Shown: positions 59,800 to 64,000 of the stretch, one piece after another
Numbering within the stretch: position 1 is the stretch's first letter
Layout of the letters: every line of letters starts with the position of its first letter
Assembly (NCBI GenBank): GCA_002269645.1
Contig: NIVC01002146.1
Span: 124,001-188,000 of the forward strand
Direction: 5' to 3'
Source: Macrostomum lignano
Taxonomy: Eukaryota
DNA: 64,000 nt
The notes under the pieces: generated by a model
What the model saw: only the letters and a program-made list of their open reading frames with translations
Told to the model about the DNA's origin: nothing
Databases searched by the model: none
Position numbers and translations under genes: made by a program

Positions 59800-60790
59800 G
59801 ATCGCTTCAGCAGTGATTGTATCAGTTGGTTAAGGAGAGTCTGGCTTCACTGAGCCTTAAGCTTTATTATGAAGCTAAAGCTTATCATTGTTTAGAAAAC
59901 TTTAATTGCACGTCAGAGTTAAAGCTTCCTAAAGTGACGGAGCCTGAAAACTGCTCAAAGTCAAAGAGTTAGTCAACCAGAGTCAATTTGGCAACTTTAA
60001 CCTTCTCAGCACGCGTTAAGACTTCTTCAGGCTGTTGCCTGGCATTGATTACTCCAAGCACATCGACGATCCTATAGTGAAAAAGGGCAAAGCTTTAAAG
60101 GTATTTGCACACTAACATGAGAATCACACCAAAAATGAGCAAGGATTTCTATACTGGTACACTAACAGGAGCATCAGAACTGATTCAGAACACACCATTG
60201 GCCAAGAATTCGTACGGCGTTTATGATTAACAATGTAAAACACAAGAGAAAATAACTGTCACCCCTAAACATGATTATTTTCACTCCGCGATGTTTGATA
60301 TTTGACAAAAACTACTAAATCCATTAGTCGCTCACTCGTCCAATCCGGTCCATTCAAGTTGATTAATTTTAATATACAATCATTCAAAACTACATGTAAC
60401 TCGAGCTAGCGGCAAATCGTTGCTTCTACAGATGAAGCCGTTAGAATCCACGGAAACGCTTATTTCAATTGGATTGTCTGTACACTTAAACTGTGGCTTC
60501 GCAGTATTCCAGTCCGCCGGATATGCGAACGGCTTCAGTACTATATTGCATACTTCCCAGACAGCTTGCAGGTTTTTACCGAAGACGCTGACTGGTATCT
60601 CAGATGAGTCGTCCACCCGGATGAAAGAAAACACTTGGCCCTGACCTTTCTCGTTATTATAGGTGTAAATTTCCATCAGCTTCGTCACAAGGCCAGTGAT
60701 AGGCGCAGGCATTAGACCGACTTTTAGAGCAGCGATTCCAACTTTCGACTTCTTGCTCACAGTCGACTCTAAGAGACAATTTTGCGCAAC
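59800..60790 (-). pseudogene. RPA70-like tandem OB-fold gene, degenerate
   Basis: ORF 60380-60760 GQGQVFSFIRVDDSSEIPVSVFG resembles DBD-A. After an AG acceptor at 60072, IVDVLGVI...EEVLTRAEKVKVAKLTLVD* resembles DBD-B. Confidence 0.65.
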
Positions 60791-61914
60791 AAAAATTCAA
60801 TATTTGAAATTTAGTATTAATCAAAGTTTTTTTGATAAGCTGTTGGCTCCCCAAAGGGGGGGGCGCTAATTGCTAGGATAAATTCCATAAAGCTACAATG
60901 GGTGTCTCAAATTAAAGAAATTTTGTAAGAAATAAATGGAGTTCTACGCTCGTATTTAAGTGAATTTACCTAATACGGAATAATTCTTTCTGTATTGCGA
61001 GTTCACCCTATGCTTACTTCATCCCAGTTTAATTAGTTTACTCGTTTCTAAGAGACGGTAATACAGCAAACAGAAAAGCATGAGTGTACAAAACCAACAA
61101 TGAGGTAAAAACTTACTGGTCTGACCAAATTTGTGGTTTTCGTGGTTGACGGCTGATTCCACCGGCTCATCCTCTCGTCTCGATTAGGTGGTCATCGCAG
61201 AGAATTTTTATTAGAAAAAAAGCGATATTCAGTGAAGAAAACAATGCTGCGGAAACTTCAGATTAAATTTGTTTTTTAATAAATTCTAAACTTTTGGCCA
61301 GTTAAATAAATTTAACCCAAAAGCAATTCTATCGGGGATTAAGTAATAGATGTTCAGCACTACGAGTTTTATGGAGCATTCGCGCCATTCTAAACATTGG
61401 GTATCGTTTATTATCAATCTCATAGTATACTCATAGAGTCATAGAGTTTAGCATATGTTGTGAATTCAAGCTTAATTCTATAAGCTAATGAACTTACAAC
61501 TTCTTCGAAAATTTTCGTTTAATGAAATGGAACGAGCCATGAATTCAACTAAGTCCATAGCACTAAGCTTTATTGACCCATATTTCGTTAAAGCATTTCC
61601 GGATGCAAAAATCATGCTCACTAGAATCCATCTACTAAGCTGCTCATTAAAGCTTTTTAAAAATAGGTTAAAATAGCAAGTCCAAACCTTTTTGTTTTTC
61701 AGTCTTTTTAGGATATCAATGAGAAAACTGCAAGAGCACGATAAAGTACAACGTTCTTTTTAGTTAATACTAGCAATCTTCGCCCCCGTTGGGGGACATC
61801 TAGATAGAATCTCTATTCTCTACAAGTAACAAAAAGACAGCCAAATAAAGCCTTCACAAAGACAACAGACAAACTGCTCACATAAAGTGCAATGCAAAAA
61901 GAAATCATCTCAAG

Positions 61915-62090
61915 ACAGCAAGCATCCCCCAGATAGCAAACATCCCCCAGATTGCAAGCATCCCCCAGATAGCAAGCATCCCCCAGATAGCAAGCATCCC
62001 CCAAATAGCAAGCATCCTCCCGATAGCAAGCATCCCCCAAATAGCAAGCACCCCCAGATAGCAAGCATCCCCCAGATAGCAAGCATCCCC
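61915..62090. repeat. 18-bp minisatellite GATAGCAAGCATCCCCCA, about 9-10 copies
   Basis: Directly visible. Confidence 0.92.
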
Positions 62091-62254
62091 AAATATAGCA
62101 TTTCCCGGTCAATTTGGTCCTAGAAGCACTCAATTTAATCCGCAATAGAGAATTCCAATTCATTCCACCGTCACTAGAGATATGTCTATGGCCAAATATG
62201 CTGTTTCGTTCCACTCAATTTAATCCTGGGGGCACTTATTTCGCGTATTTATGA

Positions 62255-63891
62255 TGTAACCACGCTCTGGTCGCGGGATAGGGCATGGGAACTTTTTTGA
62301 AAGTGCCTCCTATCCCGTGCACCCTCTGCACAGAGCTGTCGAGACTCGGCCAGGTCTCCGACCGGGCCTGGAGACTCCCGCTCTGCTGCACCCCTCCTGC
62401 TGCCTTGGTCCCGTCTCTCCTGCCGCCACACCTGCCTTTCCGGAGCCCCTACCCCTTTCTGTACCTCCCCCTCTACCCTATCTCTTCTGTTCCCGCCCTA
62501 TTCTTCCTGTACTTTCTCTACCTCCTCCCTTTTTTTGTCTCCCTCTGCACTCTTTTCCTGCGCTGTCCCCTCTTTCCCTGTGTCTACTTACAGTACTTTG
62601 TGTGCTCACCGTCTCCCCATCCCCTCTCAAACTCCCAAACGGTGACGCAAGTCGTGTGACCCCTTCTCCCCCTCGGTGACTCATCGATGACTCATCCCCC
62701 TCTCTTGCGCAACCTTTTCTCACGCTATTGTTCTCCTTCCCAAATTTCTCATGTGACACCCACCCCACCTCCGCTTCTATTGTTCTCGTTTTTGCTTCTT
62801 TTGTTCTCTCGACCCCACCAATTATCACATTTTCTCCGATTTTCTCTTTCTTTTGTTCTCGTTTTCGCACCTAATTATCACCTTTTCTCCAATGTTTACT
62901 TTTCCATTGTTCTCAGTTTTCCCCAATTATCCCCGATTTCCAATTCCTTTGTTCTCGACCCCAGCCCTATTGTTCTCAATGTTTGCTTGCGCAACACTTT
63001 CGCGACCACCCGCTGCGCCAATTATCCCCCACCCCACCTCCGGATTGCGCAATTTCCCGATTTCTCATGTTGCTATGCCGGTCTCATGCTTCTCATCATG
63101 ACTCATTCTGACGTCATTCTGCCGGCAGCCAATCAGAGAGAGGGAGCCATGGTAACGACCTTGAGGAGGCGGCTGTGAGGTCTATAAAAGGAAGCGATTT
63201 CGGCATGAGAATACTCAACTGAGTTTATCTCTGTTCCTCTCCTCGTCCTTCTTTGGACTTGCTGTCAGATTGAGTTCTGACCCATTCGTCTATAAGACGA
63301 ATCCCTGCCGGTCCGCGGTCTGTTACCGCCAAGTTATCCTTAGCTCCCCAAGTGAGCTCGCCTATCGGCCAGCGGTCTGATACCGCCCAGCATCATCAGC
63401 ATCGCCTGATCTACATCAGCGCCTCGTCGCTCCAGCGCATCGCCGCTTCACCGTCTGCCTGACTGCAGCCTACAGCCGCCCTCGGTCACTCCGCCTCTCT
63501 CTCTCTCTGTGCAGCTGCCGGTAAGTTCCTACTACTAATTTGGGCTCTAATTGCCTTTGCTTATCCGGGGTTTGCCTATTTTCCATTGTCTGATTAGAGA
63601 GCTGAGCCAATTGTGATACCGTATCTTTTGCTGTATTTTACTCAATAGTGAAGCCGCCTAATTGCCTGCTTATTTGCCTAAGGGCCTAATTATTAACTAT
63701 TAACTAACTTCATCATTATTCAATCTTTCACCATCATTTCACTCATGGCTTGCTAAGCCTTTCTCCCGGGGTGGCAAAGCATAAGGAAGTTTGGGTAAGC
63801 TAATGGCCTCTCCCCGTGCAAAGCCCGCCTGTGAGTGCGTGCTGCGGGGCCGCGTGTGCGTGCAGTAGAGGGATTAGCGAGTCTTGGCACA
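62255..63891 (+). mobile_element. LTR-like element (long pyrimidine-rich U3, CCAAT, TATAAA, candidate CA end followed by TGG)
   Basis: Starts TGTAAC. CCAAT ~63130, TATAAAAG ~63183, GTAAGT donor ~63521. Candidate end GGCACA (63891) is followed by TGGCAG at 63895, a weak PBS match. The internal region would lie beyond the window. Confidence 0.5.
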
Positions 63892-64000
63892 GAATGGCAG
63901 TAGGAAGGTTGCAACCCCATGCTAACGCGTCCCTTCGCCATGTTCGCCATGTTCGCCTCATACTACTCTTAGTAATCAAAGTCGCAAGTCAGCCTCGCTC

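Overview
Repeat-rich, intron-containing animal (invertebrate) genomic DNA with one 540-N assembly gap. The GC-rich exons and repeat families resemble a free-living flatworm such as Macrostomum, but this is inference and not verifiable here. Host genes: a WSC-domain secreted protein (apparently frameshifted), a two-exon TRPV-like channel, a two-exon KH-fold-like protein on the minus strand, a TCERG1/CA150 orthologue (3 WW plus FF repeats, at least 7 exons, introns inflated by transposons and minisatellites), and a TACC-domain gene. Mobile DNA: a LOA/R1-type LINE with a candidate HDV-like ribozyme exactly at its 5' end, whose RT region is replaced by a composite (LTR-like segment, J-domain cargo ORF, piggyBac fragment inside a 344-bp inverted repeat). 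Also present are a tRNA-SINE split by a 9-bp-TSD MITE, further MITEs, a truncated RTE LINE, two mariners (one nearly intact), hAT and EnSpm/CMC-like relics in a CpG-stripped block, a Penelope RT relic, a degenerate RPA70-like OB-fold gene, a 178-bp tandem array and an LTR-like element at the right edge. All protein-family calls are motif recognition by eye; no searches were run.
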